Origin: a virus
Virus record (IMG/VR): IMGVR_UViG_3300045988_170943
Coordinates: 320,001-384,000 of that record
Reading direction: 5' to 3' (one strand)
DNA length: 64,000 nt
In this document: positions 38,294 to 47,534 of the stretch, in pieces
Layout: each line of letters starts with the position of its first letter
How positions within the stretch are numbered: the stretch's first letter is position 1
Notes under the pieces: model-generated
The model's database searches: none
The model's input: only the letters and a program-made list of their open reading frames with translations
What the model was told of the DNA's origin: nothing
Translations under genes and position numbers: made by a program

Positions 38294-38367
38294 GTAGCCA
38301 CAACGTTGAGAACAGGGTTCTGGCACACTCAGGGCGCTGGGTGATATTCCTGCCTCAACTGAATAAT

Positions 38368-38452
38368 GGATGGTTGCCCGAGCGGCCAAAGGGGACAGCC
38401 TTGAAAACTGTAGTGCTGAAAGGCACCGGGGGTTCGAATCCCTCACCATCCG
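38368..38452 (+). tRNA. tRNA-Ser(UGA), type II
   Basis: Acceptor ggatggt/accatcc perfect, D arm ccc/ggg, anticodon arm acag(c)-ctTGAaa-(a)ctgt, variable arm gtgctgaaaggcacc, T arm ggggg-ttcgaat-ccctc. Confidence 0.8.
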
Positions 38453-38504
38453 CGACCAGGTGAACCCCCACGGACGGGTTTGAGCCGGTGTCACAACCAA
38501 ATAT

Positions 38505-38577
38505 GCCGTTTTAGTTCAATTGGTAGAACGCCTGTCTTGTAAACAGGAGGTCATCGGTTCGATCCCGATAAGCGGCT
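38505..38577 (+). tRNA. tRNA-Thr(UGU)
   Basis: Acceptor gccgttt/aagcggc, D arm gttc/gaac, anticodon arm cctgt-ctTGTaa-acagg, T arm atcgg-ttcgatc-ccgat. Confidence 0.8.
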
Positions 38578-38580
38578 CTA

Positions 38581-38632
38581 GGGCGCACGCTCTCTTTCCT
38601 TCCTTATAGTGTGCGCCCGCCCCCCTTTTTTG
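38581..38632 (+). terminator. rho-independent terminator ending the tRNA operon
   Basis: gggcgcac ... gtgcgccc inverted repeat followed by ccccccTTTTTT. Confidence 0.7.
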
Positions 38633-38815
38633 GTGTTTCCCCTGGTGTTAAAAGGTGGATAGACTCCCTGCACCCATAACCACCCACACCATATTATGTG
38701 TGATTGTTTTCTCAGTATGGTGCGAGAGTGGAAAAGACAACAGGGTCTTCCTTGTTGGATAAACTAGGTAGCAGCAAATGTCATCTACCACAGAAATCCA
38801 CTAGAGGAGAAACAC

Positions 38816-39355
38816 ATGGCGTCAGATCAGAGCCGCAAGGTTGAAGAGTTCTACAGGGCGTTCCAGCAGGAGCGGTACCTGCCTGACCCTGAAAGCAAGC
38901 CGTCACTAGAAGTCATGGGTGATAGTCGAGTTGACCTTAGGATGAGCCTGATCGTTGAGGAGTTCTGCGAGTTGATTGCAGCAGTCTACAACGAGAAGGC
39001 TGCACAGGAGATGGAGAACACCTGGTGGAACCTTTTCGACGATCATGTCATCACTGAGGAGAACCGCAACTATAATGTGGTTGCTGCCGCAGACGCCACC
39101 GGGGACCTCCGTTACGTCATTGAAGGGCTGGACCTGGAGGCCAATATTCCCTCCGAGGCTATCTTCAATGAGATCCATGTCTCCAACATGTCTAAACTTG
39201 ATGACGAAGGTAACCCGGTCATCTCGGACGGCACAAACAAACCCAAGGGGAAGATCCTCAAGGGTGACAACTACTTCGCGCCAGACCTCAAAGCCATCAT
39301 CGAAGGTCGTACCCCAGACCGCACCCCAGTAAAGTCCAAGAAGGAGAACGCATGA
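38816..39355 (+). CDS. MazG-like (all-alpha NTP pyrophosphohydrolase family) protein
   Basis: EExxE-type helix LIVEEFCELIAAV and a downstream acidic helix RYVIEGLDLE. Confidence 0.5.
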   Translation: MASDQSRKVEEFYRAFQQERYLPDPESKPSLEVMGDSRVDLRMSLIVEEFCELIAAVYNEKAAQEMENTWWNLFDDHVITEENRNYNVVAAADATGDLRYVIEGLDLEANIPSEAIFNEIHVSNMSKLDDEGNPVISDGTNKPKGKILKGDNYFAPDLKAIIEGRTPDRTPVKSKKENA

Positions 39356-40110
39356 GACTAGCCAGGAGCCATGGAACAAGGGTAAGAAAGACGATCCTTA
39401 CTGCCGCACTAGGCGTCCTCGTCGCTGGTCTCCTGTCCAGTTGCGGTGGGGCATCCAAGACTAACCCATCATCCACAGTCAGTGCGGGGGTAAACGCCAC
39501 CGCCATCGCAACCACAGGTTCAGGTGCACAGGCCCCAGGCGCGGTAAAGAACGACACCACTGGTGCGGCCCAGTTCGCCAAGTCCTACTATGAGGCATGG
39601 TTCACGTCCAGCAGTGACAGCACCTACAGTGAACTCAGCAACGCCCTGAACGAGGCCACCAAGGACATTGACCGAAACAAGGTCGTCCAGGATGACCCCA
39701 TGAGCGTGTTCAACGCCATGACCGAGGCGCAGCAGAAGAGCATCGCTGAGAAAACCACCCAGATCAACCCCATGTCCGACTACTACGACACTACGGGCAT
39801 GACCGATGCCGAGATCGCCATCCTCAACGTCATCGCCACCGGATTCTCCTCCGGCTACCACACGGACCAGAAGGTTACTGTGGCCGTCAATAAGGACAAG
39901 GTGACAGTAGACGGTAGCACCGGATCGGTCCCCTACACTGCTCTCACTGTGACCGTTGGAGACAAGAGCAACACGCCTACCGGCACCGACTTCACTCTGC
40001 CCCTGATCTACAAGGATGGCAAGTGGAAGGTTGACGGGAAGAAGTTCAGCGCCATGGTGATCAGCAACTACAACACCCACCAGTCCGCAACCGCCACACC
40101 AACACCATAA
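39352..40110 (+). CDS. lipoprotein (lipobox LLSSC)
   Basis: ATGA overlap with the upstream gene, signal peptide plus LSSC, then a Ser/Thr/Ala-rich mature domain. Confidence 0.55.
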   Translation: MRLARSHGTRVRKTILTAALGVLVAGLLSSCGGASKTNPSSTVSAGVNATAIATTGSGAQAPGAVKNDTTGAAQFAKSYYEAWFTSSSDSTYSELSNALNEATKDIDRNKVVQDDPMSVFNAMTEAQQKSIAEKTTQINPMSDYYDTTGMTDAEIAILNVIATGFSSGYHTDQKVTVAVNKDKVTVDGSTGSVPYTALTVTVGDKSNTPTGTDFTLPLIYKDGKWKVDGKKFSAMVISNYNTHQSATATPTP

Positions 40111-40163
40111 CAAACAGTCAGGTAGGTGTGACACTATTCACACAATACGGCCCCTCCCAGGAG

Positions 40164-40193
40164 TTGACATTCGGGAGGGGCTGTTGATATATT
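40164..40193 (+). promoter_or_regulatory. promoter TTGACA-N18-TATATT driving the tmRNA
   Basis: Consensus hexamers about 14 nt upstream of the tmRNA 5' end. Confidence 0.55.
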
Positions 40194-40206
40194 AGAGTCA
40201 CGCCTT

Positions 40207-40582
40207 GGGGCAGACAGGTATTCGACATGCGATGCTTGCTTGTGTTGAGTGCGAGCCACCCTTGAACCATGGGTGTCAAACAGGTTCAAACCAACAGTTG
40301 CCAACTCTGACAACTTCGCTCTCGCCGCCTGAGAGCCGCCTGAATCCCACAAGGTAAGGCCCTGCCGGGACTCAATTCAGGTGTTATCGCTAGGGGCTAT
40401 GGTCAAGCGCCTGTCACCTGGGTGCGGGCCGAGAAACTAAACAGGTGACAACCAGGGTTGTGGTAGTCATGCAGGACCATTCCAAACCTTACATGGTTGT
40501 AAAACACTAACGGATCCTGCTACGCTCGTAGAACTTAAAACAGGCACATTCTTGGACGAGGGTTCGATTCCCTCCTGCTCCA
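40207..40582 (+). ncRNA. ssrA: tmRNA (ssrA) with tag reading frame ANSDNFALAA-stop
   Basis: 5' GGGGCAGACAGGTATTCGACATGCG (tmRNA 5' acceptor and D analogue). 3' GGACGAGGGTTCGATTCCCTCCTGCTCCA (T arm plus acceptor pairing with the 5' end). Internal frame GCC AAC TCT GAC AAC TTC GCT CTC GCC GCC TGA at 40300..40332. Confidence 0.8.
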
Positions 40583-40590
40583 CTATCCAA

Positions 40591-40632
40591 CCGGGGTGCC
40601 GCCAGTGAGTGATGAAACTGGCGGCACCCCGG
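40591..40632 (+). terminator. long perfect hairpin immediately after the tmRNA
   Basis: ccggggtgccgccagt-N10-actggcggcaccccgg. No U tract. Confidence 0.5.
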
Positions 40633-40789
40633 CTTCCTGCATATGCTCATGCCAATACCACATTAGGTGGCTACCCCTATCCCAGTGTGTCCATACGTTC
40701 TATCTCCTGTAGCAGTCGATACACTATGAGGTAGCACCTGCCATAACCGATGCGGTACCCCATCACGGCGCCCTACCCTGAGGAGAATC

Positions 40790-41980
40790 ATGCTTGACAA
40801 AATAAGAGAGACGGAGTTCTACCAGGAACTTGCAACCGTCATGAAGACTAACAGCACAATGCTGACTGGTTTCGCCGCGATCCTCATCATGGTGTCAGGG
40901 GTCTCTGTCGTTGACCACACTGAACGCTGGTGGGTACCTGTCGTATCCTTAACCGTATTCAGTCTCGTGGTGTTCCTGTTCATGAACTTCAGGGTCATCA
41001 TCAAGGCTATCGGGTCTACTGTCGCCACAGTTATGCTGTCGTCGTTCGCTTTCACAGGCGGGTCGCTGGCAGACCGCTTCGGACTGGGAGGGCTCGTCTG
41101 GGTTGGGATGATCTGGGCGTTGTTCTTCGGCACCCTGGCGTGGTCTTACGGGTTTCAGTCAGGCAGGTCCAGGTGGGCACCCATCATGCTGGCCCAGTTC
41201 GTGTCCTTCTCCGCCACCTACACCCTGATCATGGGGTCTATACCTGTCGCATGGTCCGCCCTGGCTGGTACGACCCTGGGGTTTGTGACGTTCATCGTTG
41301 GGTATACGGTGTTCGGTAGGACCAGGTTCCGAGCGAAGAGCACTCCAGTCAACTTCCTGGACGACGAACTGGCGGCCACCATCGTCGAGGGCGCTGAGAA
41401 CCTTGGCTGGGAGGCCACACCCATGCCAGGTAAGAGCGACACTGGGTCTGTGCTTGTGTGGAACGATGAACGCGCATACCTGCTGCACCCTATCAAGATG
41501 ACGACACCATTCGGCACCATCGGCAAAAGAAGCCAGTCCCTTTCATACCGGCGTAAAAGTATCACCCCATGGTTGAACCACCTGATCTACCACCGGATCC
41601 CGTTGTGGAGGTCCAGGGGCGCTGACATCACGCTCGTGCTAGTGGACCTGAACCGCCGCAACAGTGAATCCATGAAGGTGATTGCCCAGCCTGTGCCTGA
41701 CTCTAACCGGTTCGTGCCTGTGTGTGTGGCACCGATCAGCAGAAAACGTAGCCCCCAGAAGGTTGAACGTATGCTGAAGGACGTGGATTCAACCATGGGG
41801 CCCATGAAACGGCACCTAACAGGGAAGCAACTTAAGGCCCTCGCTGGCATCGGAGCCAAAGATGCCCCAACTGACGAGGCAGACGATGCTGACGAGGAGA
41901 CCACATCCATCACCAACACGACTAGCAGCGAAGACGACACCGGAACCATCGAACACTCGCTGACTAGGTTGGGGTCCTAG
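40790..41980 (+). CDS. polytopic membrane protein, hypothetical
   Basis: Five to six hydrophobic helices N-terminally and a charged, acidic C-terminus. The last codons overlap a 22-nt repeat shared with the 57.08-kb locus. Confidence 0.4.
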   Translation: MLDKIRETEFYQELATVMKTNSTMLTGFAAILIMVSGVSVVDHTERWWVPVVSLTVFSLVVFLFMNFRVIIKAIGSTVATVMLSSFAFTGGSLADRFGLGGLVWVGMIWALFFGTLAWSYGFQSGRSRWAPIMLAQFVSFSATYTLIMGSIPVAWSALAGTTLGFVTFIVGYTVFGRTRFRAKSTPVNFLDDELAATIVEGAENLGWEATPMPGKSDTGSVLVWNDERAYLLHPIKMTTPFGTIGKRSQSLSYRRKSITPWLNHLIYHRIPLWRSRGADITLVLVDLNRRNSESMKVIAQPVPDSNRFVPVCVAPISRKRSPQKVERMLKDVDSTMGPMKRHLTGKQLKALAGIGAKDAPTDEADDADEETTSITNTTSSEDDTGTIEHSLTRLGS

Positions 41981-42100
41981 CGCACCCCAAAAGAACGCAA
42001 GTAGATGCCCATAGTGTCCCTGGCCTGGAGGTAGAATCCGCCCCAGGGCAACCCGACCCAGGTACCCCAATAGTCAAAACACAACAGCAGTGAGGTAGCC

Positions 42101-43597
42101 ATGCCAGCAGTCAAGGATCAGTTCGTCTCCCTGCACATGCACTCCGACTACTCCCTACTGGACGGCTACGCCAAGCCAGGAGAGTACATCAACAGGGCTA
42201 TCGAACTTGGGCAGCCAGCCATTGGGCTCACAGATCACGGGAACCTTCATGGCATCAAGCAGTTCATTGACCAAACCAGGGACGCTGGCCTCACCCCAGT
42301 ACCCGGTTCCGAGTTCTACATGGCCCCCATCAGTGATGACGGACCATACCCCAAGCATCCTGTCTACTACGGTGAGGGTGGCCGCAAGAACCCTGAGCAT
42401 GACGTGTCCGCTAACGGGACCTACCTGCACCTAACTGTCTGGGCTTACAATGACGCCGGTTTGAGTAACCTGAAGCGCCTGTCCACGCTCGCCTATGCCC
42501 CAGAACGCTACTACCGGAAACCACGCATCGGGTTTGACGACCTGGCGGACCACTCAGACGGACTCATCGTATCCACGGGCTGCCCCTCATCAGAGATCAG
42601 CACCAGGTTACTCATGGGACAGGAGCAAGCAGCCTATGAGTACGCTGGGCGCATGAAGGAAGTGTTCAAGGACCAACTGTTCATGGAGATCATGAACCAT
42701 AACATGAGCATCGACCTTGAACGCAAACTACTGCCTCAGCAGATGCGTCTAGCGAAACGACTCAACCTCCCCCTACTGGCAACCAACGACTGCCACTACG
42801 CCAACTCCGGGGACGCCCAGGGACACAGTGAGATGCTTTGCATCCAGTCAAAGTCCCTCATGAGTGACAAGACCTATGATCAGGGCGGTAAACGGTTCGC
42901 GTTCAACGGCGACCAGTACTACATGAAGTCCGGGGCACAGATGGCGGCACTGTTCCCTGAAGATGACTATCCCGGCGCCCTGTCGAACACGCTACTGATC
43001 GCAGAGATGGCCTCAGACATTAGGATGGTGTTCGACCCCCACCTGAGGCCCGTCCCGTTTGTCCCTGAGGGCACCACGGTAGAGAAGCATCTCCAGCAGA
43101 TGATCAACGACGGATACAAGGCCAAGTATGTGAACCGTGACTACCCAAGCGTGGAGGAGCGCAAACGTGTCCTGAGTGAAGCAAAACGACGCATTCGTGA
43201 AGAGTGGGAGGTCATCTACTCGTCCGCGTTTGACGGGTACATGTTGGTCGTGGAGGACTATCTGAGATATATCCGGGAGAATTACTCGGTGCGAGGCGAG
43301 AACGGGGAGATCCTTGCATCTCCGTTGGGGCCGGGCCGCGGCAGTGTCGGCGGGTGCATCATCGCATACCTGCTGGGCATCTCTGAGATCGACCCTATTG
43401 AGTATGATCTCCTGTTCGAGCGTTTCCTGTCTCCTGGGCGTGGCGCTGTCTGTCGGGTCACTTATGATGACGGCACTACCGAGGACCTTGTGGTGTCCGA
43501 AACCAGAACTGTGCTGGGTGATGATGGTCAGGAGGTAGGCAGATACATTCACCAGATCAACATTGGGGATAAGGTTGTCATTGAAGAGGAGCACTAA
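42101..43597 (+). CDS. dnaE: DNA polymerase III alpha (DnaE) N-terminal fragment (PHP domain plus start of palm), truncated before the catalytic aspartates
   Basis: PHP motif LHMHSDYSLLDG at the N-terminus. GPGRGSVGGCIIAYLLGISEIDPIEYDLLFERFLSPGRG corresponds to the conserved segment directly preceding the DnaE catalytic DxD. The ORF then continues as Cys-initiated CRVTYDDGTTEDLVVSE...EEEH and stops. A TnpB gene follows on the opposite strand. Confidence 0.65.
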   Translation: MPAVKDQFVSLHMHSDYSLLDGYAKPGEYINRAIELGQPAIGLTDHGNLHGIKQFIDQTRDAGLTPVPGSEFYMAPISDDGPYPKHPVYYGEGGRKNPEHDVSANGTYLHLTVWAYNDAGLSNLKRLSTLAYAPERYYRKPRIGFDDLADHSDGLIVSTGCPSSEISTRLLMGQEQAAYEYAGRMKEVFKDQLFMEIMNHNMSIDLERKLLPQQMRLAKRLNLPLLATNDCHYANSGDAQGHSEMLCIQSKSLMSDKTYDQGGKRFAFNGDQYYMKSGAQMAALFPEDDYPGALSNTLLIAEMASDIRMVFDPHLRPVPFVPEGTTVEKHLQQMINDGYKAKYVNRDYPSVEERKRVLSEAKRRIREEWEVIYSSAFDGYMLVVEDYLRYIRENYSVRGENGEILASPLGPGRGSVGGCIIAYLLGISEIDPIEYDLLFERFLSPGRGAVCRVTYDDGTTEDLVVSETRTVLGDDGQEVGRYIHQINIGDKVVIEEEH

Positions 43598-43707
43598 AAC
43601 CATCTGAGTACGTATGTGCCACTTCATCTGAACACCTCCCCCTACCTCCTGGAGCAACCGGACCCGTGACTTCTCACGTGTTATTGTGGTTACCATATAG
43701 GGTATGA

Positions 43708-45249
43708 CTATTCCTTAGGATAAACCACATCTACTGTATTTGCAACAGATAGGTCCCTTGTTGGAATTGTCGTGCCGCTGGTTGTCTGAAACCACTCCCT
43801 GTGGTCCACCGCAGAAACCCTAGACTCTGCGGGGCACATCCTTACACTCACCTCCCTCGACTGAAAAGATGGGCGAGTGTGGGTCTTCTTCTGGTTCTGG
43901 GGTGCTTTAGGAGTAGGCCTGTTCTTCGTGCCAGGATGCCTCAGTGGCTTCACACGGCACTTGGATCTTCTGATGCGCTTGGTCTTTGTGGCGTGCCGTC
44001 TCCGTGTCTGGCACGCCTTCTTGACATTCACTCGCTGAGCGATGTTCGCCGCCGCGTTCAAGTCACGATGATGAGTGATGCCACAGGCCGTACAGCGCGG
44101 CTGAGAATAGTCCTGCATGTCCAGGTCAGACTGACACACATGACACCTTCGGGATGTGTGCGCGGCGTTGACCTTCAAGACGCGCCCGCCGTCAGCCTCA
44201 ACCATATCCCGAGTACGCCTGTGGACCTCGCCACGAAACCAGCGGCCGAACTTCATGGTGTTCTTGATGTGAGACAAGTCCTCAAAGGAGACGATGGCAT
44301 TGTCATAACGCCAGGCCGCGTCTGTGATCTCCTGAGCAACGAGGATGCTCAGTTCCTTACGCCGGTTAGACAAGTGACCCCTGTGTGATGCGGCCTCCTC
44401 AGGGCGGTTCTTCCTCTGCAAAGAGGAAACCTGAACCTGAGCCCTCTTAATCTTATTGTTCAAGGACCTGGCACGCTGCCCTAGAAGAGACTGATCAACA
44501 ACCTTTCTGCCCTTGGTATCCCAGACGACGTAAGTGGCCGGGTTAGTCACACCAACATCCACGCCAATAACATAGCGGCTAGAAAACTCGGGACGTCCAG
44601 GATTGGTCTTGCCATGAAAGCCAAACATCACGCGATTCTGATTATCGACCCATATGTCCGGCACGCCAGTCTCACAACCCTTTTCCAGTAATTGGGGTGG
44701 CGTTGGGAAGTGAAGAGTAGTCCATTGGCCTTGAACGACTAGATCCAGGATGATCTTGTCTTCCTGGACATGAATCCTTCTGTACTGGTTGTTTGTTGCA
44801 GAAAGAGAAAGGCGAGGTTGCAGGTCTTTTGGTTTAGAATCCTTGACTGTTCTCTTCCACCCGGCCGAAACATAACCATTATGCGTCCCGTTAGTGGCAT
44901 TGACTCGGGCGGCCCAGGATCTCAGTGTCGAGACCACTCGCTCACGAAACAGCATCTCCAACCGTGAGGCCCCACTCCTGAACCGATTCTTCACCTCACT
45001 GGGAAGAAACAGGCCCATACGCCTACCAGCCTCAGCGGGCTTGAACCTGTCGAAGTAGGTCACCAGGGCAAGATTCTGCTCAGTCAACTCCCGCAGAGCA
45101 TACTCGGCAACCAGTTCAGCATCCGCTCTGATGCCGTCCAGGACCTCATCAAGGTTCAGAGGATCACCAGTCTTACTGAACGCAGCATATGGTGTCCTTG
45201 GGTACGTACGCGACACAGTAGTTCTAGACACCTGGTGAGCCTCCCCCAA
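43708..45249 (-). mobile_element. tnpB: IS605-family OrfB/TnpB-like RNA-guided-nuclease homologue (no tnpA adjacent)
   Basis: RuvC-I IGVDVGVTNPATYVV, RuvC-II FEDLSHIK, zinc finger CHVCQS...CTACG, RuvC-III HHRDLNAAANIAQR. 513 aa. Confidence 0.8.
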
Positions 45250-45448
45250 GAACTTGACTGGTTGATGGTATGCGTGTATTATAGCACAATATTAGTGGAG
45301 AATACCAGTAGGAGTAAGGTTAACATAATAATGGTGAACTACAGTGGAATAGGCAGATACAGAACCTATGTCGCGCCTCCACACTAAGAGGACAGACTGG
45401 GATGACAGCATGTGGTGAAACCTTGTACAGGGTGGACGGAGAATACGG

Positions 45449-46537
45449 ATGGCAGATAGAAACAGTGGTAGCGACCCGAAGTTGGAACTCTACAAGCGGT
45501 ACCGGCCCAGCAGGTGGGATGAACTCGTTGGGCAGCAAAAGGTTGCTCACAGTATCCAGGCGGCACTAGCCGCAAATCGGGTCCCTACTGCCTATGGTTT
45601 CTTTGGCCCGCGTGGATGCGGTAAGACTAGCGCCGCATTCATCTTGGCGAAGTCCCTCAACTGCCTCAACATACAGGACGGCCAGAACCCTTGTAATGAG
45701 TGTGACGTGTGCCAGGCTATTGACGACCGCTCCCAGCCGGGCGTCCAGTACATCAGCATGGCGAACCATGGCAGTGTTGACCATATCCGGGAACTTATGC
45801 GTGACTCCAGTCAGGCGACCTACATCAACCGGGCTGTCATCATCATGGACGAGGTGCACAACATCAGCCGCAGCGCATTTGACTCGATGCTGACTACGAT
45901 AGAGGATGAGCACACTCCAGCCCTTATGATCTTCTGCTCCACTGAAGAGGACAAGATCCCCGACACTATCATCTCCCGGCTTCAGGCCCGCACCTTCCGG
46001 CTCGTGAACAGTGATGACATGATTGGTCTCGTATCCCGAATTCTGGACGAGGAGGATGTGTCTGTCAGTGACGAGGCCCTGCTGGAAGTGATTCAGCGTG
46101 GTCGCGGGTCTGTGCGTGACACCTTGTCTGTGTTGGAGGGCCTGATCGTTGGCGGGGACCTGTTGGAGCGTCCTGCCGGGCTGGGGATCCTGGAGGCGTT
46201 GGCTGCCCTGGACGTGCCTGGGTGCTTGAAGGCTGTGAAGGAAGGGTCGGATGCGGGCTACAGTGGACGAACTATGGCTGAGGGTTTGTTCTCGGACCTC
46301 GTGAGCGTCATACAGGCGGTTTCTGGTGTTCGAGGCGTCGTACCTCCAGTGCGGGATGTTCAGGGCTTCTATGACGCCATGGGCGGGTTGCGTGGCCTGT
46401 TCGCGGTGGAGCGCGAGGTGGGGGACGCTATCAATCGTATGTCCATTGGGGCGGACTCTCTGATCCTGTTCCAGATTGCTCTTTTCAACGCTTTGGATAA
46501 GTTGAGGGACATCAGAGATGGTGTAGGCAAGAAGTAG
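45449..46537 (+). CDS. dnaX: DNA polymerase III gamma/tau-like clamp-loader subunit (DnaX-like, short form)
   Basis: AAA+ Walker A GPRGCGKTS, zinc module CNECDVCQAI, DEVHNIS (Walker B), SRLQARTFRL sensor. 362 aa. Confidence 0.8.
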   Translation: MADRNSGSDPKLELYKRYRPSRWDELVGQQKVAHSIQAALAANRVPTAYGFFGPRGCGKTSAAFILAKSLNCLNIQDGQNPCNECDVCQAIDDRSQPGVQYISMANHGSVDHIRELMRDSSQATYINRAVIIMDEVHNISRSAFDSMLTTIEDEHTPALMIFCSTEEDKIPDTIISRLQARTFRLVNSDDMIGLVSRILDEEDVSVSDEALLEVIQRGRGSVRDTLSVLEGLIVGGDLLERPAGLGILEALAALDVPGCLKAVKEGSDAGYSGRTMAEGLFSDLVSVIQAVSGVRGVVPPVRDVQGFYDAMGGLRGLFAVEREVGDAINRMSIGADSLILFQIALFNALDKLRDIRDGVGKK

Positions 46538-46560
46538 CGCCTGGAAGAAAACACCTGAGG

Positions 46561-46640
46561 TCAACATGTGTTGAGTTTTTGGGCATTAAGAACGGCGGCC
46601 ATATGTAGAAGTTAAAGCACCTCTACGGCCGCCGTTTTTC
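46561..46640 (+). terminator. two tandem rho-independent terminators after dnaX
   Basis: tcaacatgtgttga plus GTTTTT, then acggcggcc-N26-ggccgccgt plus TTTTT. Confidence 0.65.
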
Positions 46641-46820
46641 GTTGCTTAAGTGTCCTTGCGCACCAATATCAGAAACAATAGCCCTCCAGACGTTGTAACA
46701 GAAAGCCCTGACGCTCAACGGAACAGCCCCAGAAACGGGGTTGAACACAGGTCGTCATATGTGCTACAGTGACATGCTGCATGCCTGAAACCGTTGATAG
46801 AACTGTGAGGATTTAACTAC

Positions 46821-47360
46821 ATGACGTACGCACTCTCAATCGTCCTGGGTCTGGTGGCGTCCGGCCTGCTGGCTGCCATCTCATACTCGTCACGCAACAG
46901 GACGATAACGATCCTGTCTGCGGTCATGTCTGGTATCGTCTGCGGCCAGTACGTCCTGCTCAACCACCCCGGCGCGGCAGTCCTCAGCGCCATCTCCCTC
47001 GTCTTCTCTATCGCATCGCTCTCGCTCAGCAAATCCAGAGCATGGAGACCCAAGGTCGTGCTCGTTACCATGATCCTGTCAATGGTTACCGCCCAATGGA
47101 TCATCAACGGCGTCAGTGTTGGATATGAGACGTTACCACTGGTCGGGTCTGTGCTCATGGCGTCACTGATCTGCATTCACAACCGGGTTGCCATCAAGAC
47201 CATCCAGTTCATCGCTGGGATCGTGTGGATCATCTACCAGGTGCATGTCGGCGCGTGGGGTCAGATGCCAGGAGAGGTCATCTACTTCATCGCATGGTGG
47301 CTGTCAGTCGCACCCAGCAAGTCACGAACTCTAGGTCTGGCGGTCGCTTCTGGCCGCTAG
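46821..47360 (+). CDS. small polytopic membrane protein (possible PnuC-like transporter)
   Basis: 179 aa with about six TM helices, Trp-rich C-terminal helices (IAGIVWIIYQ...IAWWL), and the position directly upstream of nrdD. No decisive motif. Confidence 0.3.
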   Translation: MTYALSIVLGLVASGLLAAISYSSRNRTITILSAVMSGIVCGQYVLLNHPGAAVLSAISLVFSIASLSLSKSRAWRPKVVLVTMILSMVTAQWIINGVSVGYETLPLVGSVLMASLICIHNRVAIKTIQFIAGIVWIIYQVHVGAWGQMPGEVIYFIAWWLSVAPSKSRTLGLAVASGR

Positions 47361-47534
47361 AGCCGGAGTGACGTGCCATCCGCATTCTGACACAACATAT
47401 AGTATGGTTGCATCACTGTAAACACCACAGGTAGTGCTTTCGTCCCTACCGTCCAAGAGTCTGTCACGTTAGATACTTACAAGAACCAAAAACGAGACAA
47501 GAACCAAGAAAGACAGCAGGAGGACTGCACAGGT

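Noticed and set aside
43598-43707. Possible continuation of an intein reading frame after the dnaE stop
   Set aside because: The in-frame continuation hits a second stop after 23 codons with no Hint-like motifs. The segment is more likely the IS right end or an intergenic region.
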